Assembly: GCF_006345805.1 (NCBI RefSeq)
Contig: NC_043008.1
Location: 1,922,001-1,986,000 of the forward strand
DNA from: Octopus sinensis
Taxonomy: Eukaryota
Length of the DNA: 64,000 bases
Direction of reading: 5' to 3'
Part shown: positions 15,085-27,055 of the stretch, piece by piece
How positions within the stretch are numbered: the first letter of the stretch is position 1
Layout of the letters: each line of letters begins with the position of its first letter
The notes under the pieces: generated by a model
Seen by the model: only the letters and a program-made list of their open reading frames with translations
Told to the model about the DNA's origin: nothing
Databases searched by the model: none
Position numbers and translations under genes: made by a program

Positions 15085-15845
15085 CTCTCTCTCTCTCTCT
15101 TTACTTGATCTGTCCCCTTCTCTCTCTACTCATCCTCTTTTTCTCTTCTCTTTCTCTGATTCTTTGGTCTAATCTTCCACTACCCTCCTAATTCTTTGTC
15201 TCGCTCTGCACTCACAGGTCAATCTTCGACAACCATCCCTTCTTCTCTCTGATTCCTTCTTCTCTCTCTTCTCTCTCTTTGTTGCGTTTGTCCCTCCTCT
15301 TCTCTCTCTCTTCCGCTGCTTCTCTTTCTTTTCTTTTCTCTCTCCTCTGTCACGTGACTGCTGGCCAAAATCTGCCTTTCAGCTTCTGACCAGCGTCGTG
15401 TTAACATCGTTGTTTTTGTCCGCCGCTATAGGCATCGCCGAAGGCTCCTTTCCTTGCGCCAGAGAAAAAAATTGTTTGCTGTTATCAGTCGTAAGACACT
15501 TTTGTTGTTTTCACCGTTAATGCTTCTGTATTTCATGTTTCTGTATTCCATTATTTTTTTGTTTTTTTATATTCGTCCCTTTTGCTGTTCCTGGTGTCCG
15601 TATGCATTCGATCCTTCTTCCAGGAAATCTACGCTCCCAGCTTAGTTTTTCTAATGCTCGTTGCTTAGTTTTTCTTGGAGGGCTGGCCGTGATCTAGTAA
15701 TCTCAAGATTAATCAGCCGCGAAATTACTACGATGATCCGGTTCTTGACTGAAGACTGAGGGTTTCGAATGTCCTGTCCGTGTTTATTGTGTCGTCTTCT
15801 AAGAGTTATACGTTCTTGTCCAGGTGTATTTTTCTAATACCTTCA
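15085..15845. mobile_element. Unclassified interspersed repeat, about 760 bp
   Basis: Right-hand 139 bp (15707-15845) recurs at 37212-37350; bounded by CT-rich tract and (TA)n; left boundary approximate; class unknown. Confidence 0.55.
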
Positions 15846-15859
15846 TGTATATATATATA

Positions 15860-15934
<75 letters not shown>

Positions 15935-16477
15935 CTACATCTATATATATGAGTGTATGTGTGTGTGCCTGTGTGTATATATTTATTTATATTTATCTAT
16001 ATAAACACACAAAGTAAATATCCCTCAATAAATATATAAAGGCATATGCATATATACATGTATCAGCTTATGACGTGGGGAGAGAAATATGCTAAGATTC
16101 TCTGCAGCTTATTTCCCAAAACATATAAGTTATGAGTTTTTTTTTAAGCAGAGAGCGTGCGTTCGTATATAGAGATTTTTATGACTGTTTATATTCACAC
16201 CAAATGCATCCATCCGGGTAGTTATCGGTCTAAACAGTTTTATGTCCATGTCTTCATATATATGTATCTTCTCATATAGCTGACTGGAATGCTTTCGGGC
16301 TAAGAGCGAACTGGTATTACTTGATGAACTATAATACACATGGTTACAGGGCTTGAAAAACAGACATGTCAGAGTGACAGAGAAAAGAATGCACAAAAAT
16401 AGAGAGAAAATATACATTTTCTAGTAGCTGTGAGAGACTCGAATCGGAATGTGGTAATATTTAAAAAAATGTTTAAT

Positions 16478-16888
16478 TTATTTTTATCTAGTTTCAGCTC
16501 AAAAGCTGTGGCCATGCTGGGGCACCGCCATTTGGTGTAGCTACAGGATTTTACTTCACGAATGCTTTTTAGCAAATGCCATCTGGTGCATGAGAGAGTT
16601 CGATGCAGCTGCCCTCATCTGCACTTCCTGCCGTGAAGTTGGTTGATCTGGAGCACCTGACAAGAAGAGATCCAGTTTTATTTTAAAGACATACGCATCC
16701 ACCCATGCAGGTCTCCTAGGTTCTTCGGGAGGATATTGAAGAGCTGTGGGCCTCGGAAGCCCAGGCTATCACAGTATCTTGTCCTACATCTTGATGGCAA
16801 ATTTGGAGTCCTTGGCACTATGCAGTGGCGCCCAGTTCTGGCATTTGTGTAAGTCTCGATGCCAAAGTTTGGGACAAGTCCATCTATG
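16478..16888 (-). mobile_element. 3' end of a CR1/L2-group LINE (ORF2 C-terminus plus short 3' UTR)
   Basis: Minus translation IDGLVPNFGIETYTNARTGRHCIVP...SLGFRGPQLFNILPKNLGDLHG / frameshift near 16703 / DAYVFKIKLDLFLSGAPDQP...RAAASNSLMHQ..., stop at 16556-16558; tail GGCGGTGCCCCAGCATGGCCACAGCTTTTGAGCTGAAAC then A-rich end. Confidence 0.85.
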
Positions 16889-17000
16889 TATATATATATG
16901 TATATATATATATGTATATATGTGTGTGTGTGTATGTATGTATGTGCGTGTTTTTGTGTGCGTGTCTATATACATGTATTTATGTATATATATATATATA

Positions 17001-17142
17001 GTTAATCCAAACATGAAAACACAACAGCGCGAGGGCGTGGAGCAAGTATTGTAGGAAAGAAGGATGGTTTAACGTTTCGAGCGGAGCTCTTCGTCAGAAA
17101 CATAGGAAAAGGAAAGATCCAAAGAAGAGAAGACACACGTGG
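17001..17142 (-). mobile_element. Short repeat carrying a hammerhead motif, likely Penelope-type pseudo-LTR fragment
   Basis: Contains the ribozyme motif below, abuts a (TA)n tract, loosely similar to 28606-28825. PLE assignment is inference from the known association of minimal hammerheads with Penelope-like elements. Confidence 0.55.
17067..17101 (-). ncRNA. Minimal type I hammerhead ribozyme
   Basis: Minus strand GTTT-CTGACGA-A-GAGC-TCC-GCTC-GAAAC-GTT-AAAC: helix I GTTT/AAAC, core CUGANGA, helix II GAGC/GCTC, GAAA, palindromic AACGTT in place of a looped helix III, NUH site GUU. Confidence 0.7.
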
Positions 17143-17170
17143 TCAGATTTTGATTATATATATCATTCTG

Positions 17171-17245
<75 letters not shown>

Positions 17246-17289
17246 GTATATGTATATGTATTTTAATTGTATATACTCTTACATTTTCA

Positions 17290-17692
17290 CTCTTTTAGTT
17301 ATTTCAGTAATTTGAGTGCGGTCTTGCTGGAGCACCGGCTTTAGTGGAGCAAATCGACTCCAGGATATATTGTCTGTAAACCTAGTATTTTTCTATGGTT
17401 TTTTTGGCCGAACCGCTAAGTTACGGGGACGTATACACACCAGCATCGGTTTTGAAGCGATGTTGGCGTGACAAACAGAGACACACAAACACACACACAC
17501 AGATATATCCATATACATATATACGACGGGCTTCTTGCAGTTTCCGTCTACAAAATCCACTAACAAAGCTTTGGCTGGCCCGAGGCTATAGTAGAAGACA
17601 CTTGCCCAACGCAGTGGGACTGAACCCACTTCGTGTGCGTATGTTGGCACCATGTGGTTGATAAGCAAGCTAGTTACCACACAGCCAATCCT
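17290..17692 (-). mobile_element. tRNA-derived SINE, family B, near full length
   Basis: Minus head AGGATTGGCTGTGTGGTAA (box A-like) ... GGGTTCAGTCCC (box B-like), internal CA/TA tract, 3' tail CCGGTGCTCCAGCAAGACCGCAC...CTGAAA similar to the LINE tail at 16487-16529. Confidence 0.85.
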
Positions 17693-17749
17693 CTTGAGTT
17701 TACAGTAATATATAGTAATAATAATAATCTTCCAAATACATACGCAATA

Positions 17750-17830
17750 GCCCATGCATGGCAGACTACTCTCTCCACGCTACTGATGTTAACCAAAGGA
17801 AAGGCAAACCTCGATACAGCTTGGTACCAG
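17750..17830 (-). mobile_element. Internal fragment of a third SINE-like repeat
   Basis: CTCTCCACGC.ACTGATGTT..CCAA.GGAAAGGCAAA..CGATACAGCTTGG matches my recollection of an abundant octopus repeat; no second copy in the window. Confidence 0.4.
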
Positions 17831-18270
17831 TTGATGTTACGTGTGATATGGTCACTCACATTTTCACTGGCATGGCGCTGTATCCTGTTGCCAGGTATAG
17901 GTCTTTGCAGCAGCCAGAACTACTAACACAGTCAGAACTAACCTCTCCAAGCAATTGATGTAGACCTCCGCTTTAATGTGAGGCTGTGTGGGAAGATGAG
18001 TGGAAGCATAATCTCACCATCACTAGGGATCACTCCCAACAAGTTGATGTTGACGAGATGTTTGATTTTTATAAAGGTCGGTGCATGTTTTGGGTACGCG
18101 ACAAGCGAAAAGTTGTTCTGTGTGTTCGTCATCTCTTCGTATTCTGGGTTCCGGCACGAAGGTCAAATAGTACAACATATCACTTCCAAATTTTTGGAAG
18201 AGTGAATTTAATGGAGGTGCTCGTTTTCTCACAGACGGTGCCCAACTGACTTTAGTATACTTTGTCGTCA
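17830..18270 (-). mobile_element. Tc1/mariner transposase remnant (Bmmar1/maT, DD37D-like)
   Basis: Frameshifted minus translation NTQNN...KIKHLVNINLLGVIPSDGEIMLPLIFPHSL.L.AEVYINCLERLVL...TYTWQQDTAPCQ...DHITRNINW, covering the second catalytic Asp motif (WQQDxAPxH). Subgroup is inference. Confidence 0.8.
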
Positions 18271-18332
18271 ACAAACTATGCGCTTGCGTGAAATTAAAGA
18301 TATTAAATTGCGACTATTTACCCTTCGCGCCA

Positions 18333-18387
<55 letters not shown>

Positions 18388-18451
18388 AGGGAGAGAGAGA
18401 GAGAGAGTGAGAGAGATAAACATACTTATACTTATACATATATATGTATAT

Positions 18452-18535
<84 letters not shown>

Positions 18536-19382
18536 GTTCATATGTTCACATATATCAATATATCTCCATATATCTACATATATGTGTGTCTGTGTTTGTA
18601 TGTCTGTGTTTGTCTTTGTGTGTATGTGTGTTACATATCTGTATTTGTTTGTGTGTCTGTTGACATATATATATTTGTGTGTGCGTATGTGTGTGTCTGT
18701 GCTGAAGTGCACATCACGTGGGGAGATTTGTTTGCGTGTGCGTAGCTTGGTGTGAACGAATATTTCTGTTTTTCTCAGCTGATCTGGTAGCTCCCAGCAG
18801 AAGTATATCAATCTCTGTTCTCTTAATATTGTCTTCATCCAGGCGAGACATCTGTAGCCATGTCTCTTATTCTTGCCACTTACTCTAACTTAGCAACATA
18901 TTACAAATCATCGCATTTTATGTCTGTTTTCTTATTCCGTTAATATGAAGCTCGTTTATTTCATTTCAATCTCAAATGCTTGTAGATCAATCTGTCTTTC
19001 TAATGTCAGGATTTCTCCATCTATCAAACCAATTCTGTGGTCGCTGTTTACACTTATTTCAATGATATCTAATAGAGATCACTTCAAACATACTTCTCAT
19101 TGTAGAAATTACATGCAATTTACCAATATGAAATGCTAGTCTTTTGTAGATTATTTTCCTTCGATTCCTGCTGCAATATTTTCACCATAATCTCGTTTAC
19201 TTGTCACAACAGCAATAAATATATTCCGATTTGTTATTTCTACCTCATTCAGTCAACCTCTCTCTTTCTCTGTGTCTCTTTATCATCGATGTATGTGGGT
19301 GTGTGCATGTGTGGATGAGAGTGAGTGTGTTTATACATGTAATACATATATATATCTATATATCTATCTATCTATCTATCTA

Positions 19383-19439
<57 letters not shown>

Positions 19440-22004
19440 GTGTGTGTGTGTGTATGTATATGTTTATATATATATGTATATATGTATATATGTAAATATA
19501 TATATATATATATATATGGATATATGAATATATATATATATAGAAGTGTGTGTGTGTTTATGTATATATGTGTATATATATATATATAATATATATATAT
19601 ATTTATATAGACATGTAGGTATTGGAAGAGCTAGAGAAATTTAATATATAGAGATATAGATAATTGATTCTGTTATTTCATTATTTCTTGTCAAGTAGAC
19701 GAGGATTCTTATCAATGAATTAATTGTTCGTTTGAGTAAATATTGTGGCAGTCAATGTCTTATCTTAATTCCTCAAAGTCTTTTGTTTTCCTTCCGCAAA
19801 CGTTTCAATTGTTTTCATTTCCTATATAAGGCTTACATATTCTTAGCTTACATATTCTATATTTATATGATTTTGAAAGAGAAGATCTAGGCCATTCTCT
19901 GCGTGTCTGTGCAGCTGTTCGTGATGGCATAGAATCTACGAGAGAGAACACATGTGTAAGCGTGTACGCGTTTGCACCCCTGCATGTATACGGTGCTAAT
20001 ATATCAATTTATTTTGGGTGATTGTTCTTGTAATTTTTAGGTTTTATATTTCTGAATGGAAGTGTATGTGTAAAGTCATGCGTCTATGCATGTGAAATCC
20101 GTACGTGGAAATTGAAGCCCCACTAACACAACATAACGAGACACCTCCATATCAGACAAGAATGAGAAAAACTATCAGTGCAAGCTTTATTCCAAGAGCA
20201 GGTCTTTCTCCACCAAACCAACCGTTATATCCAATATGTCCAGGTCGGGGTATCCAAATCCTAAAGTTTCTTTGTCTTTGGCCGTGAGAAAATAAAAGCA
20301 TGGAACGGGGCAATTATTAAGTATACCAGTTCCTGCAACAGTTGAACAGCTCATTAATACTATATATTTCACCATACAAAAGAACTGAAAGAAATGACAT
20401 CCGACGGAGTAATAATTTCTGTTGATCTTCTTACATAATTTTTGTTTTCAGATTCTTTCTCTTCATTCTTCAACATATTTGTGATATGCGCTTACATTTA
20501 TGTGGTATGAGAGAGGAATTACTTTTCAAAACTTATTTTTTAAACAATATTTCTCGCACAGATTGTGGAAGTTAGCTTCAAGCCACTCGGGCTTGTGTTA
20601 TTATATTCCAGTATATTAAATCTTCTATGGCAAAATACTTCACATTTTCAGAATAAATTGCATATTACATTCTTCAGCTTACTTATATATTACTTTGATG
20701 TTGTTATAATAGTCTTTTGTTTTATCAAATTCCTTACATATTTTCATATCGACGTCGTACAAAATGAAATGTATGCAAAACTGAGAGGATATCAAGTGGA
20801 GCTACCAACACCGATAATGGATTCAACAGACTTTCCTCAGAGAGTCATTTCAAGAATTGGAAGTAACTCAGTGGTCTGCCACATTTTAGCTTCTGTCACT
20901 TGCAAAGTAAGAATTATCATGCCAAATCTTAACCGCATATTGTAATATATTACACTTTGATCAATTTTGCCAAAAACCAAGATCAATTCGAGATTTACAC
21001 AGTCTACCTTTGATGGTCAAAAATCTGCTTCGATGCTGAGATATTGGAATTTATGTTAAGAATTTATTTGTTCATCCACAAGTAAGTTAAGTGCTTGAAT
21101 TGAACCCTAGAAACCCGATTACTTAATTGCTTCCTATTTTTACATATTACCGTTTTTATGTGTTGACATGCGTCGTCAGAAATATTCCTGTAGCCTTTAA
21201 CAAATGATTTAAATATTCACTTCCTAAATGACATAATGTCATATCTTACATAATCAAATTTTGAAGATAGCTATGAAGCTGTGTCGAGTTCTAATCGTTT
21301 TTAAACACATTTTTTTTAATCATTCAATCTTGGCCTAACATGATATTTACTTCGTATCTTAAAGAGCTTTTCGCTAACCGTAGTCACACGTTGTAGCACA
21401 TTTTCCATTAACAAAATCTAGCGTCTTCCCGGAATATGATAGGCGAAATCCTTCTTCATATGGCATAAATAAAAACGAAGAAAAGATTTCTATTATTAGC
21501 ATATTATCTGTATAACCACTTGGATTTGTTTTGTTGAAAGAACGAGCAGTGAACTGAGCAATGGCAAATAAATAATCTATAGTTATGACCTGCGAAGCCG
21601 TGTATTTCTAAACCGAGTAATAAATGGCCCAAATGAATTATGAAATAAAGCAGGTGGATCATTATGGAGAACGTAAATAATTTAATTTTGTTCAGCTAAG
21701 AGAGAATGAGTTCGAAAGTGCCTTCTTAATTCATAAAAGTAATCTGTTCCTAATAGGACTTTTAGCACTTCAACATATTTTCCTATGATAATGAAATTAT
21801 ATCTGACAGACAAAATTACGATATAGAAATATATTAATGAAATAGTTTCTGATGTTAAGGTAAAGGTTTCTACACAATATATTAATATTGTACAATCGGA
21901 AAAGATGGAGAATACATGTATAAAACTATTTTTAAAAAATATTAATTACACACACACACACACGCACACACTATATGCATATATATATATATATATATAT
22001 ACAT

Positions 22005-22388
22005 GGTTTGACGAAATATTTAGCGGTATTTCGTCTGCCGTTACATTTCTAGTTCAAATTCCGCCGAGGTCGACTTTGCCTTTCATCCTTTCGGGGTCGA
22101 TAAATTAAGTACCAGTTACGCACTGGGGTCGATATAATCGACTTAATCCGTGTGTCTGTCCTTGTTTGTCCTCCCTGTGATTAGCCCCTTGTGGGTAGTA
22201 AAGAAATGGGTATTTCACCCGTCGCTACCTTTTGCTTCCAAATCAAATTCTGCCTTGGTCAACTGTACCTTTCCATCCGTTAGTGGTCGACAAATTAAAT
22301 GTCCGTGAAACATTGGAACCGATTAAATCGACAAGTCCCTTCCCACAAAATGTCAGGCCGTGTGCCTATAGTAGAAAGGATTATTATT
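22005..22388 (+). mobile_element. tRNA-derived SINE family A, head-truncated, tandem dimer
   Basis: 22005-22216 closely matches 54505-54735 and the reverse complement of 45698-45935; a second diverged body (22211-22388) starts at the shared GGTATTTC and ends in a different tail (CAGGCCGTGTGCCTATAGTAGAAAGGATT). Confidence 0.85.
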
Positions 22389-23680
22389 AATACTGTTATT
22401 ATTGAGTGAGAGCGCAATGCTTACATTCAAGGTGACACTGGGATAAAATATGCGAAGCCCAGGATTCAGGGTGGGATGTCATAACAGCAAAATGTATAGA
22501 GAAATGTGTAGATAGACTTGATAGGTTAGTGGGTGATGTCTTAGAGAAATCACATTATTATTGGCTATACATCATTTTGTTGCAGGTATATGACGTGTTT
22601 GCGACTAAATGATGTGGGATGAAGAAATACGCTCCCGGCTTCTATAACATGAACGATGATGCGGACCACTCGTAACAAAAGCCAGGTCTCCCTACGACCA
22701 CTACATAAAAAAGTATTAAAGCAAGAATGTTATTTAGATATACATTTATTGTAGTTGTTTAAATTATTTTACACTTGTTTTTACTCTTATGCATTCAAAG
22801 TTCGCAAATGTCGTTATTTACATTATAAAGCATATTGTTTTCGATAATATCAATATGATTACAAAACTTCTTTATAGATGATATTTTCTGTTTGGTCGAC
22901 ACTAATTTTAAGATTACTGGAGTTCATTGGGTAAAAATAAAACGATACGATCTAAAATTTGACACTGTGTCATGTTTGCTGTGAATGCGCGAGTGGAATC
23001 TTTAGGGTTGCAAAATTTCAAACTAAGGCTTACATCTCATAATTCTATGCGAACTATGTCTGGATGCTCTGGTACCATGTGTTATTTTGATTAACAAAAC
23101 TGTGATAAAAACAACGGCCGCTTTTATTAGATGTTTCGAATCCTGCTCGAGACTGATACACATCAATAACCACTTGTGAAATGAGAAAAAATAACAATTT
23201 TCTACAAAGAAACAGTATGAGTTATGTGCGTAGGTGGTTGGGAGAATCAGATAAGGAAAGCAATAGCGTGCCATCGATGTAGACCAAGATATATTCGGTG
23301 ATGGTAAAGGCACACACACACACGCACACACACGTACACACACACGTACACACACACGTACACACGCAAGCACAAGCACAAACACAAATGATTTACTATA
23401 TGTGTGTATATATCTATGTTTATATTCATATATATATATATATATATAATATATATATATATATATGTAAACAAGTATGTGTACATATATTTATATATAT
23501 ATATATTATATATATATATAATATATATATATATATTATATATATATACATATATACATATGTATATATGCATTGGTATATATGTATATATACATGCATA
23601 AACGTGCATAGCTTATATATACTTACAAACTTGTATACATACATACATAAACACACACTCACACACGAACCTATGTGTGT

Positions 23681-23723
<43 letters not shown>

Positions 23724-24929
23724 AACATAAGTGAACTTTATCAAATTAGCTCTTGCATTGAAGATTTATATCAGACAAATATTTGATGAGAATCATCGAA
23801 TTCACCGCATATCGAATTTGAAAAAACAAGTAATATGTAAAATATTCTATTCATATAAGCATTGAGCTTCACATTCTGCCTTTTTTTTTCTTTTCCGAAA
23901 TCTTACTTGCGATACTCGGTGTTTTTTAGCTTTTTTTTGTTTGTTTTATATATATGTCAGTGTCTTGTATGTTCGTAAGTATTGTTTATAAGTGAATTTC
24001 ATGTGTTTTGATCTAGCTGTCATATGTAGTTTTTTATGTAGGCTCCGAAATGTGATTCACCTAACATATGTAGTGTTTCATTGCCAAACGACATCACGCA
24101 AAAGGGAAATCTATCGAACAGTATAGCTTCTGCTTAATAAAGTGGAGTGGTTTCAAAGATCCACAATATCCAATATGTTAATGGGTTCCATTGCTACTGA
24201 AAGTTATTCCGCAAGTTCTACCATTACAATTGGCTATTCTCTGAAGTAATATGCTTTCAGGGTATGCAATATTCGTATGAATATGCTGCTCTTATGCTCA
24301 ATGTTATTAATTTCAGTTAGCTGTATCTTCGACCCTTCTAAATATGTATGCATTTGAATAAATATGAAGGATAACCCAAAACTCAATATGTCAGTGTATC
24401 ATAAGGGTAGATGAAGGAATTGTTATGTTTTTTTAATGTACTGGTGTGTGTGTGTATATATATATATATATTGTTGTGTCTGGGAAGTGTCATTCTCGTT
24501 TAATATCTAATTATTTAACACATTCACAGGTAAATTTTCCAGTCATTTGCTTATTTATTTTTACTAAAATTTTCGTCTGCCAGCCTTTTAGATAGCCATT
24601 GACTCTGGCCGTTATCCGAGCTGCGTTCTTTTTTGTTCGATGTGCGCGCGTGTTTGGATCAGTGTGCGTGCGCATGCACATATGTATGTATGGATGCGTA
24701 TGTGCATGTATGTATGTGTGCCTGTATCTGCGCGTGTATATACATATATATGTATGGTTGTGTGTCTCCATATGTGTCCTTGTGTGAAGCGTGTGTGTGT
24801 ATAGCTATGTGTATCAGGCTTCCTTTGCGTATGTATGTGTGTATGTGAGCTTGCTTGTTCATATTAACAACGTAGTATCTATCTGTATGTCTATCTACTT
24901 ACCTGCATACATATGCATATAAATATATA

Positions 24930-24963
<34 letters not shown>

Positions 24964-26038
24964 CATACGCACATCTGTATAAACAGACACGCACGCACAC
25001 ACACATGCATACATATGTCTACATAACTGCCCACTTACTATACTACCTATTTATATATATAAATTGTTGTGAGTATACGGGTACGACTACCTACTAAGTA
25101 CATGTCCTATTTAGTACTGAAGATGTTTAATTTATGAAAACGTACTACCGTATTTATCTGAGACTTTAGTCCTTCGGATAAAATTTTGATATCAAGTTGA
25201 CCTAGTTTGCCACCATGTTTGCTGGTAGAGTATAGAGGACTGCTTTTTGTTGTCATATTGTCTCAAATGTTCCTTTAGTCTATCCGCAATACCTTACCTG
25301 TGTATATCATGTTCTTGTATTTACAAGCACCTTCTATACTCATTATACACTAGACTACATTTCTAGTTCCACATTTAAACCCAAAGTTATTGCTACATTC
25401 CATTCAGTTATCATTAGTGCATGCGGCATTCTCAAAGGGGTATGCGCTACATAGTTATGAGCTGATGGAGCTTCTTGGCATTCCAACGATCTTAATGTAG
25501 AATTTGGTCTCCTTCACAGTTTTTCTAAATCAACAGGCTAGTTCTCCATGGGCTGTAGGATCTACAAACTTCATTCCTTGATATGTGTCGCTCTCGTGCC
25601 ACATGTTCACCCAGTTTGCATTTTAACAAACTCATTGTATAGTATTTCACTCCTTACTTCTATATCTAGAGCAGGTACCACTGGTTTCCTTACATATAAC
25701 TTTATCTAACGTCTTTCTACCACTCTTGTATACCCGAACATTATCTTCCTGATCATATCCAGATAATTACATGCAGTGCATGATGTTCTGTGCATGTTTC
25801 TTTGTTTCAAAATTGGGGACAGGTTGTTCATTATCGCTACTTATTCTACTCTCAGTATGTTTATTTTTTCAACTTGTGTGTCAACGCTGAGTTCCTGTGA
25901 AAAATATATTTCGAAGTTATGGGTTTCATGTAATAATTATGGAGGATATGCATTCGGTTGTTCACAGTCTCTCACCAAAGTTCAGTATCAAGGACGGAGA
26001 GTCTATTGTTAGGGTGCCTAGCGGGGTAAAATGTAATA

Positions 26039-27055
26039 TATTAGGTCGTCAAGTATGAATGGTAGTAAGGTGTATGTTAGATTTTGACAGCCGCTCATTT
26101 TGCGTCATTGTTATATTTTGACCATCTTTAGCTGACACATGTATCTTTTAAAATGCTAACTCATTTTGCGCTTCATAAAATATTTATAAATCATTTTCTC
26201 CTATTTTTGTTTAGGTATGGATAAGACGGAAATTCGTAGAGTTTTGAAATATGAGTTCTAACCTGAAAATACAGCATCATAGACAGCTCGGAATATTAAT
26301 GGAGTGTTTAATTCTAATGTTATTACACAGAAGATAGTATCAAATGGGTCTTCAAAGTTTCGTTCTGGTCATTTTGTCCTTACAAATGAGCATCGAGGTC
26401 GACCAGAAACAAAGATAGATAATGACGAACTGAAAGCCACCGTCGATTCAGATCCATCGCAAAGTGCCCGTAAATTATTGTTGTTGTTTGATGTTAGCAA
26501 GAAAACAATACTAACTCACCTAGTTCAAATCAATAAGGTGAACCAGTTGGAGAAGTGGATTCCACATGAGCTCAATGAAAATCAAAACCTGCAACGTTTG
26601 GTAGTCTGCATTATGCTACTTTCTCGTCACAAAAATGAATCATTTTTGTCGAGTTAAAAATTATGAGGAATGGATCCAATACAACAACCGTAAACTTTCA
26701 GCACAATGGTTGGTAAAAGGCGGGTCACCAAAACACAGCCCCTAAAGAAAGATTCTTCAAAAGAATCTGATGGTGTGTGTTTGGTGGTCTAGCGCAGGCG
26801 TGTTCCATTATGATTTCATTAAACCTGGCTCATCAATTTCGGCCGAAATATTCTGCAACCAACTGGACCAAATGATGCAGAAACTTACAAAAAGCAACCG
26901 AAATGAGTCCAATTTTATTGCAAGACAAAGCAAGACCACACACCGCATAAAAGACATTGGCAAAACTAAAGAGTTGCAAATTCCCCACCATACTCACCTG
27001 ATCTTACCCACACTGACTACGATTTCTTCCAGAATTTGGACAACTTTTTGATAGT
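26039..27055 (+). mobile_element. Mariner element (Hsmar1/SETMAR-like transposase pseudogene), right end missing
   Basis: Starts TATTAGGTCG; ATG at 26217 gives MDKTEIRRVLKYEF*...KFRSGHFVLTNEHRGRP..DNDELKA.V..DP...KWIPHEL; then MVCVWWSSAGVFHY; LQDKARPHT; SPDLTPTDYDFFQNLDNF. Stops, frameshifts and deletions present. Confidence 0.92.

Noticed and set aside
15745-15780. CTGAAGA...CGAATGTC in the repeat shared with 37.2 kb
   Set aside because: No pairable helix I or II, and GAAT instead of GAAA.
18900-19250. Minus-strand SVNSDHRI motif (APE-like)
   Set aside because: A single short motif without supporting upstream motifs.
20105-20945. Several overlapping 60-126 aa ORFs with nearby GT/AG sites
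   Set aside because: No consistent exon chain or recognisable product on either strand.
25400-25780. Weak resemblance to an RTE C-terminus on minus (EHVAR, RRPN)
   Set aside because: Too degenerate to distinguish from chance by eye.
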